A stretch of 64,000 nt of DNA from Epithemia pelagica (GCA_946965045.2 OX337238.1:2232001-2296000), one strand, 5' to 3'; shown: positions 45,701-59,274, counted from the stretch's first letter. Notes: generated by a model from the sequence alone, not told the origin. A program made the numbers and translations.

Positions 45701-47023
45701 ATGGCGTTCCGTCGCATCGCCAGCAAAAGCAAGCGTTTTGTCTCGTATCCATCGCGAAAAATCGCACCAACGTCATCCATTGAGACATGCGATGGATCGA
45801 CAGGGAGAGCCGTGTTTGTGTTCTGGTCTTCGGCACTTGCCGCGACGGTAGCTGCCCATCATCAAGTCGCACATGATCAGGAACCACAATCCCCTCTCAT
45901 GTACACTGCATGTGAAACCAAACAAGAAGTCAAGATAAATCGCCGACAGGAAGACACGAGGAGTTCTCAGTTCTCGTTGGCAAAAAATCGAATCATCTTT
46001 ATGGGAACTGGATCAAGTACGGGATGTCCAATGCCTCGATGTGCCATGGTTCTGGGCGGGTCGTCGGATGTTTCCGAACTCAGCCACTATCAAACATTGC
46101 TGAGGGATAGATGCAAAGTATCCCTCGAGGCCATCCAAGGGGGAGATCCACGCAACAATCGAAACTATCGAAACAATCCCTCTTTGGTCATTAGTCACCA
46201 GGTTCCCGTCATGACGGAAGGAATTGCTACAGGTACGACAACCAAGAACATTATTATTGATGTGGGTAAAACGTTTCGAGAAACATCACTGAGATGGTTT
46301 CCCATTCGAAATATCCAGTCCTTGGACGCGGTCGTGTTAACTCATGAGCATGCGGATGCATCCTTTGGATTGGACGATTTACGCGGGTATCAAAAATATG
46401 AGCTGGCATCCCTGGAAAGCGACAAACTCAAACACAAACGATCTGTGCAGATCCCCATGCCGGTCTTTTTATCGCAGCATTGTCTGGAAGATTTGGCTGG
46501 ACGTTTCACGTGGTTGTTCCCAAACCATCAGCAACCAATGAAACAAAGACCAAAAGATAGCGACAAGCCTGTCGTGGAACGTCATGTTGCATCACTGGAC
46601 GTCCAGGTATTTGAGCCCTTTGTTCCATTTCATGCCGCAGGTCTTTGCATTGTCCCTCTTCCTGTTATGCATGGCGAAGATCTGGTATCGTTTGGATTTG
46701 CCTTTACGGTCGGTCAAACAAACATTGTCTACTTGAGTGATTTGTCGCGCATGCTCCCCGAAACGTTGGAATACATTCACACGAAACTTCCTCCAACCGA
46801 CATTTTGGTGGTGGACGCCTTGCATCCAGAGAAGACGAATCCTGCCCATTTCAACATGAAGGAGGCTGTCGAATTGGCAAGGCAGATTAATCCCAGGAGC
46901 CAAACGTTATTGGTCGGCATGAGTTGTGATTCCTTTCTTTTGCATGACGAAATGAATCAAGCGCTTGCAGCCAAGTACGGAAATGTTCAGTTGGCCCATG
47001 ATGGCCTTGAGATAGAGTGCTAG
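45701..47023 (+). CDS. Metallo-beta-lactamase-fold hydrolase, PhnP-like, with organelle-targeting-like N-terminus
   Basis: FMGTGSSTGCP, IIDVGKTFRE, LTHEHADASFGLDDLR (HxHxD motif), VMHGED, YLSD and HF. Confidence 0.88.
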   Translation: MAFRRIASKSKRFVSYPSRKIAPTSSIETCDGSTGRAVFVFWSSALAATVAAHHQVAHDQEPQSPLMYTACETKQEVKINRRQEDTRSSQFSLAKNRIIFMGTGSSTGCPMPRCAMVLGGSSDVSELSHYQTLLRDRCKVSLEAIQGGDPRNNRNYRNNPSLVISHQVPVMTEGIATGTTTKNIIIDVGKTFRETSLRWFPIRNIQSLDAVVLTHEHADASFGLDDLRGYQKYELASLESDKLKHKRSVQIPMPVFLSQHCLEDLAGRFTWLFPNHQQPMKQRPKDSDKPVVERHVASLDVQVFEPFVPFHAAGLCIVPLPVMHGEDLVSFGFAFTVGQTNIVYLSDLSRMLPETLEYIHTKLPPTDILVVDALHPEKTNPAHFNMKEAVELARQINPRSQTLLVGMSCDSFLLHDEMNQALAAKYGNVQLAHDGLEIEC

Positions 47024-47209
47024 AGAAGTGAAGATAAGATAGACTCATCAACTTCTTTGAGAGATTTTCCGTATCTGAGTCGCGCTTTGATTTGGGTCGC
47101 TTCTTTTGAGTCGTGGCTGCAGCGTTCGATCCACGAACAAAAACGGCACAAGAATCGATCTCGATTCATTCCACTGTCCAGAGAATCGAGAGAAAGTGGT
47201 AAAGTCGCA

Positions 47210-48424
47210 ATGGTATTGGTAATTCCTCTGAAAGCTGCTGTCCGGTTTGACATGGCCAAAGCCTTGGGCGACTGGCTGGACAACGATGAACAACAAGTGT
47301 CGTTCCAACCATCGAACCCATTGCAGTTGGTCACACCCAAACCAGACTTTGGATCGACCGCCTGTCGCGACGATTTAATCCGTTTCGCATCCTTGCGCAA
47401 TTGCCTTTCCGATGCCTTACTCAAGGCTCAATCTCATATTGCTGCCTTGAAGGACGGGGCGTTGGACGATTGCCATGAATATCATGCTGCCCTTCTGGAA
47501 TTTGAGCGCCGAGGGTTTCCCACCCTGGATGATGAAAACAATGGATTGCAACTGAAATGGAAGGCTGCTTGGGCGCCATCTAGAGACGAGACTCATTCGC
47601 ACCTCCTTTGGGACCGATCCTGTGTTACTTTTAACATTGTTGCATTGCTCTCACATCAAGCATCGCAATGCAGTATCAGCGACCGTGATGAATGCAAGAA
47701 AGGTGTTGGCTTGTGTCAGCAAGCAGCATCCATCTTGGAAACCTTGCAAGAATTGGTCTCCTCGCAAGATTTTGCCACAGTCGATTTGAGCATGCCCATG
47801 TTACAGTTCTGGAAGGCCTTCTTACTGGCTCAAGGACAGTCCTTTGTCTACCGAATGGCTTCCTTGGGCAAGTCAGGAAACCACGGGACGTTGTCAGGCT
47901 TATCTCAGTCGGCCTACAATCTGTTCAATGATGCCTTGAGCAAGGCACAGGATGCTCGATTACAGTCGGAAGTTCCCAAGCCTTCGAAACAGTGGGCAAC
48001 CTATTGCAAAGCTCAAGCCATGATGGCTGCGGCCAAGGCAGAATATCACCAGGCTGCGATCCAGCGATTAGAGCACAAGTATGGCATTGAAATTGTACGA
48101 TTGCGGCAATCCCTTGCAAAACTTCAGGCCTGCCAAGAATTCATTTCATCCCTGTCAAATATTAGCAAAAAGGCCAAGGAAGAGGAACGTCAAGCCGCGG
48201 AGGAGGAACGTAATCTGGTAGATTTCACCAAGCGAGAATGCAATGTTATTCTACCTGTTGTCAGAGACCGACTGACCGAAATTGAACGCGACAACTCTAA
48301 AATATACAATGAAGACGTCCCGAAACAAGTACCAGAGATTGAGGGAAAACAGCTTATCAAGTCATCAATGGGCTATCCACCAACGATGCTTTCACCTCAA
48401 AGGAAGCTTTTTGTAGGGTTGTAG
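47210..48424 (+). CDS. BRO1-domain protein (BRO1 domain only, 404 aa)
   Basis: LQLKWKAAW...WDRSCVTFNIVALLSH, KKGVGLCQQAASIL, LAQGQ, YGIEIVRL and DNSKIYNEDVP. Confidence 0.85.
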   Translation: MVLVIPLKAAVRFDMAKALGDWLDNDEQQVSFQPSNPLQLVTPKPDFGSTACRDDLIRFASLRNCLSDALLKAQSHIAALKDGALDDCHEYHAALLEFERRGFPTLDDENNGLQLKWKAAWAPSRDETHSHLLWDRSCVTFNIVALLSHQASQCSISDRDECKKGVGLCQQAASILETLQELVSSQDFATVDLSMPMLQFWKAFLLAQGQSFVYRMASLGKSGNHGTLSGLSQSAYNLFNDALSKAQDARLQSEVPKPSKQWATYCKAQAMMAAAKAEYHQAAIQRLEHKYGIEIVRLRQSLAKLQACQEFISSLSNISKKAKEEERQAAEEERNLVDFTKRECNVILPVVRDRLTEIERDNSKIYNEDVPKQVPEIEGKQLIKSSMGYPPTMLSPQRKLFVGL

Positions 48425-48725
48425 TTAAGCACGATCCACATGTTGCTGTAGACAACACTTATGTGTGATCAATCCTCCTTGATGCTACGACAAGTTCTAC
48501 AGTCCGCGTTATGACAGAACAAAGGTTCTTGAAAATTTGTTGTCAGTGAAGACTGAAGAGACAAATGTATGGATATGTTTAAACCTTTTGACTACGTCAT
48601 CTTGTCCTTTTCATTCTATCATACCGTTCCCAGAAAATATTCGGCGCTCAGCGCGGGAACAGAACGGACCTCAATACCAGACTGTATGATCTTTTTCAGA
48701 AGCAGGTGCAAACACCACAACGTCT

Positions 48726-49280
48726 CTAGCGCTTCTTTTGGTAGTTGGAGTAACCAGTACGACGGTTTTGGGCCTTGTCTTCTTCGACTTCTTCCTTGAC
48801 AATCTTCTGCATCGTCCGTGTGGTACCCGCATCGACCTGTTCAAGCTTTTGCAGCTCCGTCGCCATTTGTGCGTCCGCAACCTCTTGAGCAGATGCGCCC
48901 TTAGCTGGGGTGAAACCCTGGTCTGGAACAACGTAGTCTCCCTCGCTCTTGTGGTAGGCATTGTCAGAAGTGTACTCTTTAGGGACGGAAAGCATACCAT
49001 GGTCGTGGTCTCGCACAGCTGCCAACCGGGAAAATGTTCCAGACCGTGCGGTTCGGTTTTCCTGAGCCTTCACGTTTTTGTTGTGCTTCTTTTGGTGGGT
49101 AGAATAGGCGGCAGCATTTTCTTGTTGCTGGAGCGCAATGGCAAGGCGGTGGTCCTTTTCTTCCTGCGTGAGGTTGGGGTCATCCAATCCCATGTTTTTG
49201 TTAGTTCCTCTTACTGGGACCGCGTTGGCGGTGCCCATCATGACGTAGTCGCCATCAGGAGTTTTCGCTTCTTCACTCAT
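48726..49280 (-). CDS. Small protein with two MIU/UIM-like ubiquitin-binding helices
   Basis: DHRLAIALQQQE and DAQMATELQKLE match the D-x-x-LA-x-x-LQ-x-x-E pattern. Confidence 0.65.
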   Translation of the reverse strand: MSEEAKTPDGDYVMMGTANAVPVRGTNKNMGLDDPNLTQEEKDHRLAIALQQQENAAAYSTHQKKHNKNVKAQENRTARSGTFSRLAAVRDHDHGMLSVPKEYTSDNAYHKSEGDYVVPDQGFTPAKGASAQEVADAQMATELQKLEQVDAGTTRTMQKIVKEEVEEDKAQNRRTGYSNYQKKR

Positions 49281-50237
49281 TGTTAATTGTACCGGTTCGA
49301 CTCAAACTACAAAGACAACAAAGAGAAAGTGAGAAATCATTGGAACGTGCCTACATCAACGAACAATGACTGCGATGGAGGGTGCTGTTCTTGAAATCGA
49401 CTGTCTCGGTTTCCCCAAGTCTGTGCACGAACTAATACAGCGCATTGCTAAGATCCAGTACGAAGGGAAGACTCAACAACAATGATTGAGATCCATACGG
49501 AAACTGTGGCACAGCTCGCTCTCCATCTACAAGACGTATCCTCCGCCATAAAACACTGGAGGATCACAACATCGATAGATTGCCCATCATTGTCAAGCCA
49601 TGATCTCACCTTCGTCGTGATTTGGTTCCAAGGGGTTTGGCAATTAATACATCCGAACTCGCTGATGAAATCAACGGGCACGCCTGTCGACCTGCCATGT
49701 ACTTATTGTACATACTATGCCGGGCCGGCGGGGTGTTTGCATCCGTTGACATACCGTAAAAATCACATCTATTGCACCATCGTATTGGTGCAGAAAACGC
49801 ACGATTTACCTGTAGAATGAGCGCGCCCTACCCAAAAATCGCGTGCCTCTCCCTCCAACAGAGCCCCACTCCCTTCAACACGGAGCATTGCCATCGTGGT
49901 GGAGAGGGTGGGGGGAGAAGCCATGGCAAAAAATCCTTATCTTTCGCACGAACACTGACGAATTTTCAATCGTCGATATTATGGGAAGGGTAAGTCCGAT
50001 TTTCACGAACCGCAGTGATTTGGAAAGCGCCTGACGAGCTCTTTCGAATGAGCTTCTCAAGATTGTTCAATTAGAAATACTTATGATGTTATACATTCAA
50101 ACATAATTCGGAAATAATCTATAATTGATTCGGAAAATTAACCACCAATCCGTTGGGTGGTACACATTGTGCATATAGAACGCGAGCCTGAAAATTTCAA
50201 CGGATGGTGCACTAGATGTGATTTTTACGGTAATCCT

Positions 50238-50542
50238 TAGAGGTTGGACCCGCACCGCGGTGCTGCGAATCGGATCCGCGGATACGCGGTGCTGATCCCT
50301 GGAACCGCAACGAAAGAGACTGGCGGTTCCGATCCGCACTACTCGCACCTACGCACAGTAAAGGCGGGGTGCAGCGATTTGGTCCTCTCTAGGTCTGACC
50401 GCCCGTACGTCACATTTGTGCAGAGTACATAAAATCCCATAGTAGTGCGGAACTGCGGAACACGCGGGTTCTTGGAGCCGCAAAGGCTGGGATGCGCGGG
50501 TAACCTAACCGCATCGATTTGAGCTCGCGGGTCCAACCTCTA
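50238..50542. mobile_element. 305-bp non-autonomous hAT-type MITE
   Basis: Perfect 16-bp TIRs TAGAGGTTGGACCCGC (50238-50253) and GCGGGTCCAACCTCTA (50527-50542). Perfect 8-bp TSD GTAATCCT (50230-50237 and 50543-50550). Subterminal CCGC/GCGG motifs. Confidence 0.95.
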
Positions 50543-50698
50543 GTAATCCTCGCTCGGTTGTCATCTTATAACTGAGTAGCTAGCAATAGCTACCAATTCA
50601 TTTTCCCATGAGAATTTAGCCTACCTCTCTAGCTAGGAGGAGTAAGATGCGGCAAAATGAACAATCATCAGGGCGGCATTTCAAAAGTGACAGAATAT

Positions 50699-51629
50699 CT
50701 AATTGCTTGAGCTATCTTCGTCGAAGCTCACATTGAATGGCAGGTTCAGATAGGCCGGGGACTCAAATTCTTTGGTTGCCAAACCCTTGGCAACAGGTTC
50801 CAGGATCTCTAGCCGTTCAATGTTGTCGTGAAGCTTCTTCATACCCTCCTCTCCTGTACAAAACACAATCGTCTCTTTCGTAGCAGAGTCGACAAAAGGT
50901 TTCACAATAGACCAGAAAGCCTGAAATACAAACGGTGGGTTCAAAAGATACGCTCTGAACATACGGCCAGGAAAGTGCTTCTGCAAAATATCGAGTGTAT
51001 ATCGGCTGGTTTTGAGAGGAGGTGCACTGCTCAGAGTGAAACCCTCATAGTCAATCAACAGATTGACTTTTTCCAAGGGATCCTTTGCTCCAAGCTCTTT
51101 CGATTTCCGACTGGTACAAGCAATCGCTTTCTCTAGATTCCAAACCAAGTGTTTCATTTGATCCTCTAGAACATCTGAATTTTCACGAGCAGGGCGCATA
51201 TACATCAGCGCTCTGCCGTCAGCGGTATACCCACGGATATAAATTTTCCCCGTAGAGTTCTCTCGTTCGAGCAGTTGTTTGTACTTTTTGTCCCCATCTT
51301 CCGTCGTGGCCTTCACCAAACCATCCGTATCGAAATCCTTCCTCCATGCAAGAGCTGCCTGGATGTGTTCTAGTCCCTTTTTCGCGTTACCCTGCCAATG
51401 GAAGCAAATGTGGTTTTGAGGTGCTCGGGAAATCGTCTGAATCTTAGCCGACGGAGGAACCTCTCACCTTCACTGCTCGAAGATGGCGAACAGGCATGGC
51501 AGGATCTGTCATTCGCGCCTTTTCATCCTCCGTAAGCGATTCCAAAATAAACGCCACGCCTTTTCTTTCCGCATCGGGCTCAAGCAAAGGAGTCTCTCCG
51601 CCTAGATGCACTTCATTCGTCGACGTCAT
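50699..51629 (-). CDS. CRAL-TRIO (Sec14-like) lipid-binding protein; exons 51629-51468 and 51391-50699
   Basis: RHLRAVK|GNAKKG...LAWRKDF, GKIYIRGYTADGRALMYMRP and HFPGRMFRAYLLNPPFVFQAFWSIVKPF. Confidence 0.9.
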
Positions 51630-52243
51630 TGTTGCAATTGAAAAAATTGAAATTTGTGAGAAAACTTTCTTGATCGACCATGTCCATGCGGATCGGAATA
51701 TTTTCTCCTGATGAGGAGTAGTGAGTCACGATTTGGGTCCCTCAACAGCAGCAAGCTGGGTAAGCTTAGCAAGATTTTTAGGGAGGAGTAGGTTTTGGGT
51801 TGTCGATCGTCTATCCCCACCATGGTAAGACGAACAAGACAATTCACAGTCTCATATTCTCATATGGCTCTCCATTCTCCAAACCCAATCAGCATGTTAT
51901 TTTAGTTCCATAGTTCTTTTGTCGACAGTTTTTTCTACCTACCTACTAACTTCTGGTGCAATGATATTGGTCTCGCACTCGCAGTCGTAATCATGCCGCC
52001 AATTGGGAGCAGTATGAGACAGCAATATGAAACTGACACAAGCCAGCAATTCCATATGGAACGTGAACATGGATGAATATCCATTAAAAGTTTCCTGAAT
52101 TGTACAATGGTTCAAGTCAGTTCTAGCTTACAGCGTTGAAAGAGTTCGGTATTTCGATAGACGGTTTATTCCCAGAAACTATACCAGGCACAGCATCTAC
52201 AACACATCAAGCAAACGGAAGGAAAAGTGGGATAAGTCTCGTT

Positions 52244-53026
<783 letters not shown>

Positions 53027-54108
53027 GTTGTGATTGTTGTATTGTTTGTGCAAGTAAAATGAATACTGTCTAAAGGATCGTAATACAAACAGATAAATGG
53101 GTCAGACCACCTTGGCTCATCAAACCAACGAAGCTGTTCTACGAGCACCTCCAACGGCTAATCTTAGCACCGGGAAACAGTGAGATTCCGGATTCCGTCA
53201 GAGGAACCGCACAAACAACACGAACAGATGGAATTTCTCAGCCACCAAAATGACAGCCCCGACAATGACCAGATAGGTCGGCTGAACTCTGGAATCGCAA
53301 ACTGTCCAGTGTTACTTTTGAAATGAACTACAAAGGCCACAAAAATTCTGTCGCAATGTCGCTACGGATTGATTTCATGCCCATCATGGTCAACAGACAC
53401 AGTTCCAACACTCACCGTGGACTTCGTTAGAGTGGACACGAAAGAGAGGACATGGATTTGGGTGACCCTGTTTGAACGAGCTGAGCAGAATGTTGGAGGG
53501 GAGGGGACAGACGGGACACTCATCAATTCTCTTCGCGTAGGCCATTACAGAGATTCTTTGGCGTTATGATTTAATTTGTATGCAAACGCCCAGTATTGGC
53601 CTGGATGGCAGGCGCGAATCACGGGACAGGATGTCGTACGGCGTACAGACCGTCTCTTTCATGTGGCTGTTGACAGGATCAATAACTTTCTTCATATCCG
53701 TAGGAACCGGAATATCAGCTTGGTCGGGTGTAGATTTATTTTGAGTACGATTGGCGATTGGCCAATTTTGAAAGACTGGTTTGTTCTATTGAGTCTTGAC
53801 AAGAGTGTACAAAAATCACCTCCACTCCGATAATAGTTGGGCATAACTTAAGATGGCGCGCGTCAATGACCTAAATAGACGATCCACTACGGTGTAGATT
53901 TGTGGAGGGTACGCCGACCAGCCCCTCGCCTTTTTCTCGCTTCTTTTGCCCCTTGCAGGCAGCCGCTCCCCTTCGTTTTCTGTTGTTCTGTATTGTAGTC
54001 TGCGTTTCGGACTCGGGGCTCGGGGATCGTTGCACGCTGGCAACGCTGTTGGGTTAGGTTTTTCCTTGACGACAAACATCGATTTGACGCGTCAAGGGTG
54101 ATCACACC

Positions 54109-57068
54109 ATGGGAGCTCCCATGGACGACGGAACCGGCACGTCCAATGCACCGGGAACAGCTCCAACGACTCCCAGTAATGCGGCTGCAAATGGTGGTTC
54201 AGGGTCTGGAAGAGGAGGCTTCAAGAAGCTGTTTGGTCGACGAAAAATGGGCAGCGGAGGGAACACGGGGAATACATCCGGAGGTAACGCCTCTCCCAAA
54301 AGAGAGGACCGGTCACCATCCAGATCTGCAACAGCGGCAAGAAACGAAAAGCCAGCGAGGAAAGGAAAGAGATGGACTCGGTTGTCAACAGGAGGGGGTG
54401 GTGGTGGAGGCAACTCCAAGAAGGAAGAACGGAGCATCGAGGAATCTACAGATAACACAACAAATCATGATCTTTCGCGAGAGGACACTGTTCAAGAACA
54501 GCCTCCTGCTCCCACACCTCAGCCATCACCGAAGGAGGATGTAGAAAAACCAGCAGATCCATTCGATGATGATCAATCTGCACTCAAATTGGACCCGGAA
54601 GCGGAGGAAGCGAGACGTGCCCTTTTGATGCAAAAGAAACTGATCAAAGAACGTGATGGATTCTGTCGCCGAGTAGATGCGTACGACGGACAAGTGATTA
54701 CGGTCGATGGATTTCCCTCCTATGAGCTCGGATCCTATCTCGGAGGAGGTGTTGCAGGCGTTGTGTATGAGGGCCATCGTCTGAGACCAATGGAAGATTA
54801 CCCCGTTCGTCTAGGAGCTGCCGAAGACACACCTGTAGATGCGATTCCTGGGGTCGATGAAGAAATTAAGCCTCCTGGTATCATCAATGTTTGGGGTTGT
54901 GTCCCAACAACGGCGGAAGAGGCAGTCCAGGAAGATCCTGTACCACCAGAAGTTGTTCCTAGGGCAGGAAGTGTACTGACTGCGGACAATACTTCCATGG
55001 TGACGAGCAACAGTGTCAAGCGACGCAACAGAACATTCAAGGAGAACCAGGCACTGGAGATGACTGTAGACAACGACCAACTGGTGATTATTGAAGGTCC
55101 CGATGCACCAAGTCGGTCAGATCATTATGCGAAAGCCGTTTCCATGAATCAAACAGCTGACAATGATGATACTTCCATTTCCTATGGATTTATGGAAGAA
55201 ACTGTTGCAATCAAAGTTCTCAACCCAGTGAGCTTCCGAACGTTAGCCCCTGATGCCATTCAGAATGCGGTTGTAGCACGAAAGGGAGCAATGATGGAAC
55301 GCGATGTTGTTACGGGGAAGCAACCGATGGAGGAACGACATGTGTGGTGGCTCGTCAATCCAAACAGTCGTAACTTGAGAACGTTGCAGCGATATTCTGT
55401 ACCAGCAGATCCTACAGCTCCTCGGCGTGTCGAGGTTGACCGTGGTTCGGCTGAAAGGGGCCTCCGAATTAGTCTCGTGGCAGCCTATCGCGACGAAAGC
55501 AATGAGCTCAAGGAACTTCCCTTGACTCGATGCATTGAAATCTGGGGCCATGTACCATTTGGTGCTTCAGATGGCGAATTCCGAGGACTCATGAAGGCTA
55601 TTGATGCAATCAATGCTGGTCACCCTCCACCTGCTGTTCCTTCCTTCTTCCAGGACGGTGTTCCTGGACGTGTGGGTACCGAACGATCTGGGTACAGCAC
55701 TAGCAACGGCACTCAAGACTCTTCCAGTTTGGAAAGCCATCGACCAAAACCAATGGAGTCTAAACGAACGTAAGTCCATGAATTGCGCGTGCAAATCTTT
55801 AGTTTGTATGGAAGAAGACACCTCACATCTTTCGTTCGTAAAGTGGAATTTATCGAGCAGCAACTACCTCGAGAACAACTGTTTATTGTGAAGAACTGAA
55901 AGCCTATATTGCATTACCCGCAGTGCCATCAAAATACATCAAGTGGCTAAGACAAAGAAGAGCCGCGACGAAGGAAATTCGCAACATGATGCTGATTGGA
56001 CGGCATAGAAATGTAGTGCATTTGTTTGAAGTTTTGGAGCTCATTCAGGAAAAGAAGTCCACCATGTTTCTTATCTTGGAGCTCGTTAGAGGAGGTGAAC
56101 TCTTTGACCTGATCAGCAGCAATGCGGCAAAACTGAGTAAGGACGATGTGGTGCCTCCAGGATTCACGGAGTCAGAGACAGTGATGAGAAAGTTCTTCCG
56201 AGAACTATCCTCAGGTGTCCGGTACTGCCATCACAACGGAATCGCCCATCGTGACCTTAAACCCGAAAATCTTTTGGTGCATAATGGAAAAGATGGTAAA
56301 TGTACTCTCAAGATTGCAGACTTTGGTTTATCAGCTGTGTTCAACGTCAATGGTGAACCCATTTCTGATGACGTTACCTTTGCGGAGTCATCCTACATCT
56401 CATCCTACATGTCAGCTCCTCCACCACCCGAAGAAGATCCACCGAACAGCACGACTGGTGATGAAGGGGCCATCGATTCTCCAATAAAATCCTCAGTCAA
56501 CAAAATAATGCGTGCAGGAGGTTCTGCATTGTCTTTCTTCACATGTGGTGTGGTGGACGAAACGTTGTTGAACCCTTGTGTGCCTCAAGCAAACGAAGAT
56601 GAGGGCCAACCGTCTCCCCTCAAGCGCATGACGTCAGTTGTGGGTTCCCCACATTATGTGGCACCTGAGATTATCTCTCAAAACGAGAAACGCCGAAATC
56701 GAACAGTTGGATATGACGGCACCAAAGCAGATGTCTGGAGTGCAGGTGTTATCCTTTATGCCATGCTCTTTCGTTCTTTGCCGTTTGGCGAAGATTTGTT
56801 GCGCTGCCCTCGTTTCCAATCATTCAAAAAATGGTACGATGATGTCAAGCACTCGGGACGAAGGGCTTCGGCGTTGGCTGCCTTGGACCCTGTGATCACC
56901 GAGCAAGACGAAAGGGAATTGCTAGGACCACAATGGTTCTTCCCCAGCAAAACCAGTCCGGAATCACGAGACTTGATAGTCTCTATGTTGAACCCGGATC
57001 CCGATTATCGACCATCAATCAATATGGTGCTGCGGCATCCATGGTTGCTCAAGATTGGCGACACATAA
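54109..57068 (+). CDS. Ser/Thr protein kinase (CAMK/SNF1-like) with large N-lobe insertions; exons 54109-55769 and 55844-57068
   Basis: LGGGVAGVVY, VAIKV, KEIRNMM, HRDLKPEN, IADFG, GSPHYVAPE and DVWSAG. A 74-nt intron (GTAAGT...AAG) joins the frames. Confidence 0.88.
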
Positions 57069-57156
57069 TCGGAGGACACTCGAGCTTCTACTTTCTAATT
57101 TCTCTCATCACGTATAGCTTATATCATATAGAAGTAGTATGGCGTTTTCTATTAGA

Positions 57157-58152
57157 TTATTTACGTGCCGTGTCGTAGTTTTCAACGAACCAGTCGACGG
57201 ACTTTTGGATTCCATCTTCAATCGAGGAAAACTTATAATCTGGACGATATTTTCGGAGCTTCATGTTGGCGGCAGTCTTTTTGAATTGCCCATCCGACTT
57301 GGATGTGTCAAAAACAACCTCCCCCTCAAACTTCATTGCCTTTGTTACAGCCAAGGCAACATCTTTGATGGACACTTCATCAGCTTCGTCAACCGAGAGC
57401 GTAATGGGAGTGGGATCGTGGTACTCTCGCATCACCCACACGGTCAATTCCGCTAAATCGCGAGAGTAGACAAATTGACGAAGAGGCGTACCGCTCCCCC
57501 AAATGGTGAAGGGAGTCTTGTCTCGCTTGGCAATGTAACATTTATGAATCAAGCCTGGAATGACGTGACCCTTTTCAATGCTAAAGTTGTCATCCGGGCC
57601 ATAAATGTTGGTGGGGATAATGGAAGTGAAGTTGCATTTATACTCTTCCGCATAGGCACGGTTCATGGTATCAATCAAACGTTTCGCATATGCGTACCCT
57701 TCGTTGGAAGGATGAGGAGGACCGTTGTGCAACATTGTTTCGTCAATCGGATAGGTTGTTTTGTCAGGGAAGATGCATGTCGAAAGAAAGCTTACAAGCT
57801 TCTGAACCTTGTAAATACGGCAACATTCCATGACATTGTCGTTGATCAAAATATTTTCTCGAAAGAACTCAACTTTCTGAGCCATATTGGCAAACAAGCC
57901 GCCAACCTTGGCCGCCAAATGAATCACATGTGTCGGCTTGTAACGTTCAAACACTTTTTCCGTATCCTGTCGATTTCGCAAATCACCCTCCTTGCTGGAC
58001 AAAAAGACCCATGTTTCTTGAGGGGCTGTATTTCCGTCTTCTTCCACATACTTCTTGATGGCAGTGCCGACCAGACCTGAACCACCCGTCACCATCACCA
58101 CCATGGCCTTGGACGGTTCTGAGTCTCCATTGGTCTTTGTTTCGGTGGCCAT
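57157..58152 (-). CDS. TSTA3: GDP-L-fucose synthase (GDP-4-keto-6-deoxymannose epimerase/reductase)
   Basis: VTGGSGLVG, HLAAKVGG, LSTCIFP, SNEGYAYAK, PTNIYGP, WGSGTPLRQF and DGQFKKTA. 331 aa from ATG 58152. Confidence 0.95.
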   Translation of the reverse strand: MATETKTNGDSEPSKAMVVMVTGGSGLVGTAIKKYVEEDGNTAPQETWVFLSSKEGDLRNRQDTEKVFERYKPTHVIHLAAKVGGLFANMAQKVEFFRENILINDNVMECCRIYKVQKLVSFLSTCIFPDKTTYPIDETMLHNGPPHPSNEGYAYAKRLIDTMNRAYAEEYKCNFTSIIPTNIYGPDDNFSIEKGHVIPGLIHKCYIAKRDKTPFTIWGSGTPLRQFVYSRDLAELTVWVMREYHDPTPITLSVDEADEVSIKDVALAVTKAMKFEGEVVFDTSKSDGQFKKTAANMKLRKYRPDYKFSSIEDGIQKSVDWFVENYDTARK

Positions 58153-58525
58153 TCTCAACAGCAGTTTGATATGGCGCTCAACCCTGAAACACAAGCAGCT
58201 ATGCTTGTATACCCAATACCCAAAAGACTTCGATCGGCGTCCTTTGTGATTTGTGACCGGTGGAGATTTGTGAGAATGTCCTTTGCCATTGTTTGTGTCG
58301 GACTGTTCACTGTAGAGCAAAGAGTAGGGAAATCATCGAACCAAATCTACTCTACACCCAAAATAAACTATGAGCTCATACTTCTACGTATTCCTAATTC
58401 CCACCTGGAACTCTGGGTTCATAGGAATGGGTTACGAATTCTGGCTATGATATACCTTCTCATCCTTCACGGTGAGAAGAATCTATAAGCGGAGCTCATG
58501 TGCTATTGCCTGTTTGTTATGGAAG

Positions 58526-59274
58526 TTAATGTTCTTCTCCATCATCCACGTATCCTTCGGGCAGTTTGGCTTCTTCATTCAAGATATCTTCGGAAATGAG
58601 TCCCCAAACAGGTACCTCTGAATGTCCCAAGTCAGAGAATAGCTTTGTACGATTGGGGAGACCAGAATCAGCCGGTGGATTGATAAACATTTTGAGTTCC
58701 ACCACACAGGCGCACTCCACGACAACACCACCCAACATTTTGACCAGCGATATGGCGGAGCTCAGTGTTCCACCGGTGGCGACCAAATCGTCGATAATCA
58801 ACACACGATCTTTATCCTTAATTTTGTCGCGTTGGACCGTCAATCCGTCCCGATTCCCATACTCCGTCTTGTAGTCGGCGGAAGTAATGGAGTTGGGCAT
58901 TTTCCCCTTTTTTCTCATCATGATAAATGGCTTCTTCAGCGCAAGAGCAATCGGAGGACCCAGGATGAAACCTCTCGCGTCCAATCTGAAGTCAAACAGA
59001 GCGACTAGGTCGTTCAGATATCAAATCATCTCATGTTCACAAACGACATGACAAAGAGCACGTACCCAGCAATGACGTCAATTCCGATTTCAGCGTAGCG
59101 CTCTGCGAAAATGTCAACAATCTTTTGAAAGATGGCTGGTTCATAGAGGAACCCACCAATGTCGTAAAAGCGCGGAATTCCCTTGAACGGAAAGTATGGC
59201 AAGTACTTGGCAATTTCGCGGGCTTCCTCTCCATCTTGGTCGTACTTGAGAGCTTTGTCTGTCGTCGACGCCAT
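58526..59274 (-). CDS. APT: Adenine phosphoribosyltransferase; exons 59274-59066 and 58985-58526
   Basis: FPFKGIPRFYDI, IAG|LDARGF and PRPP-binding VLIIDDLVATGGT. Confidence 0.94.
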
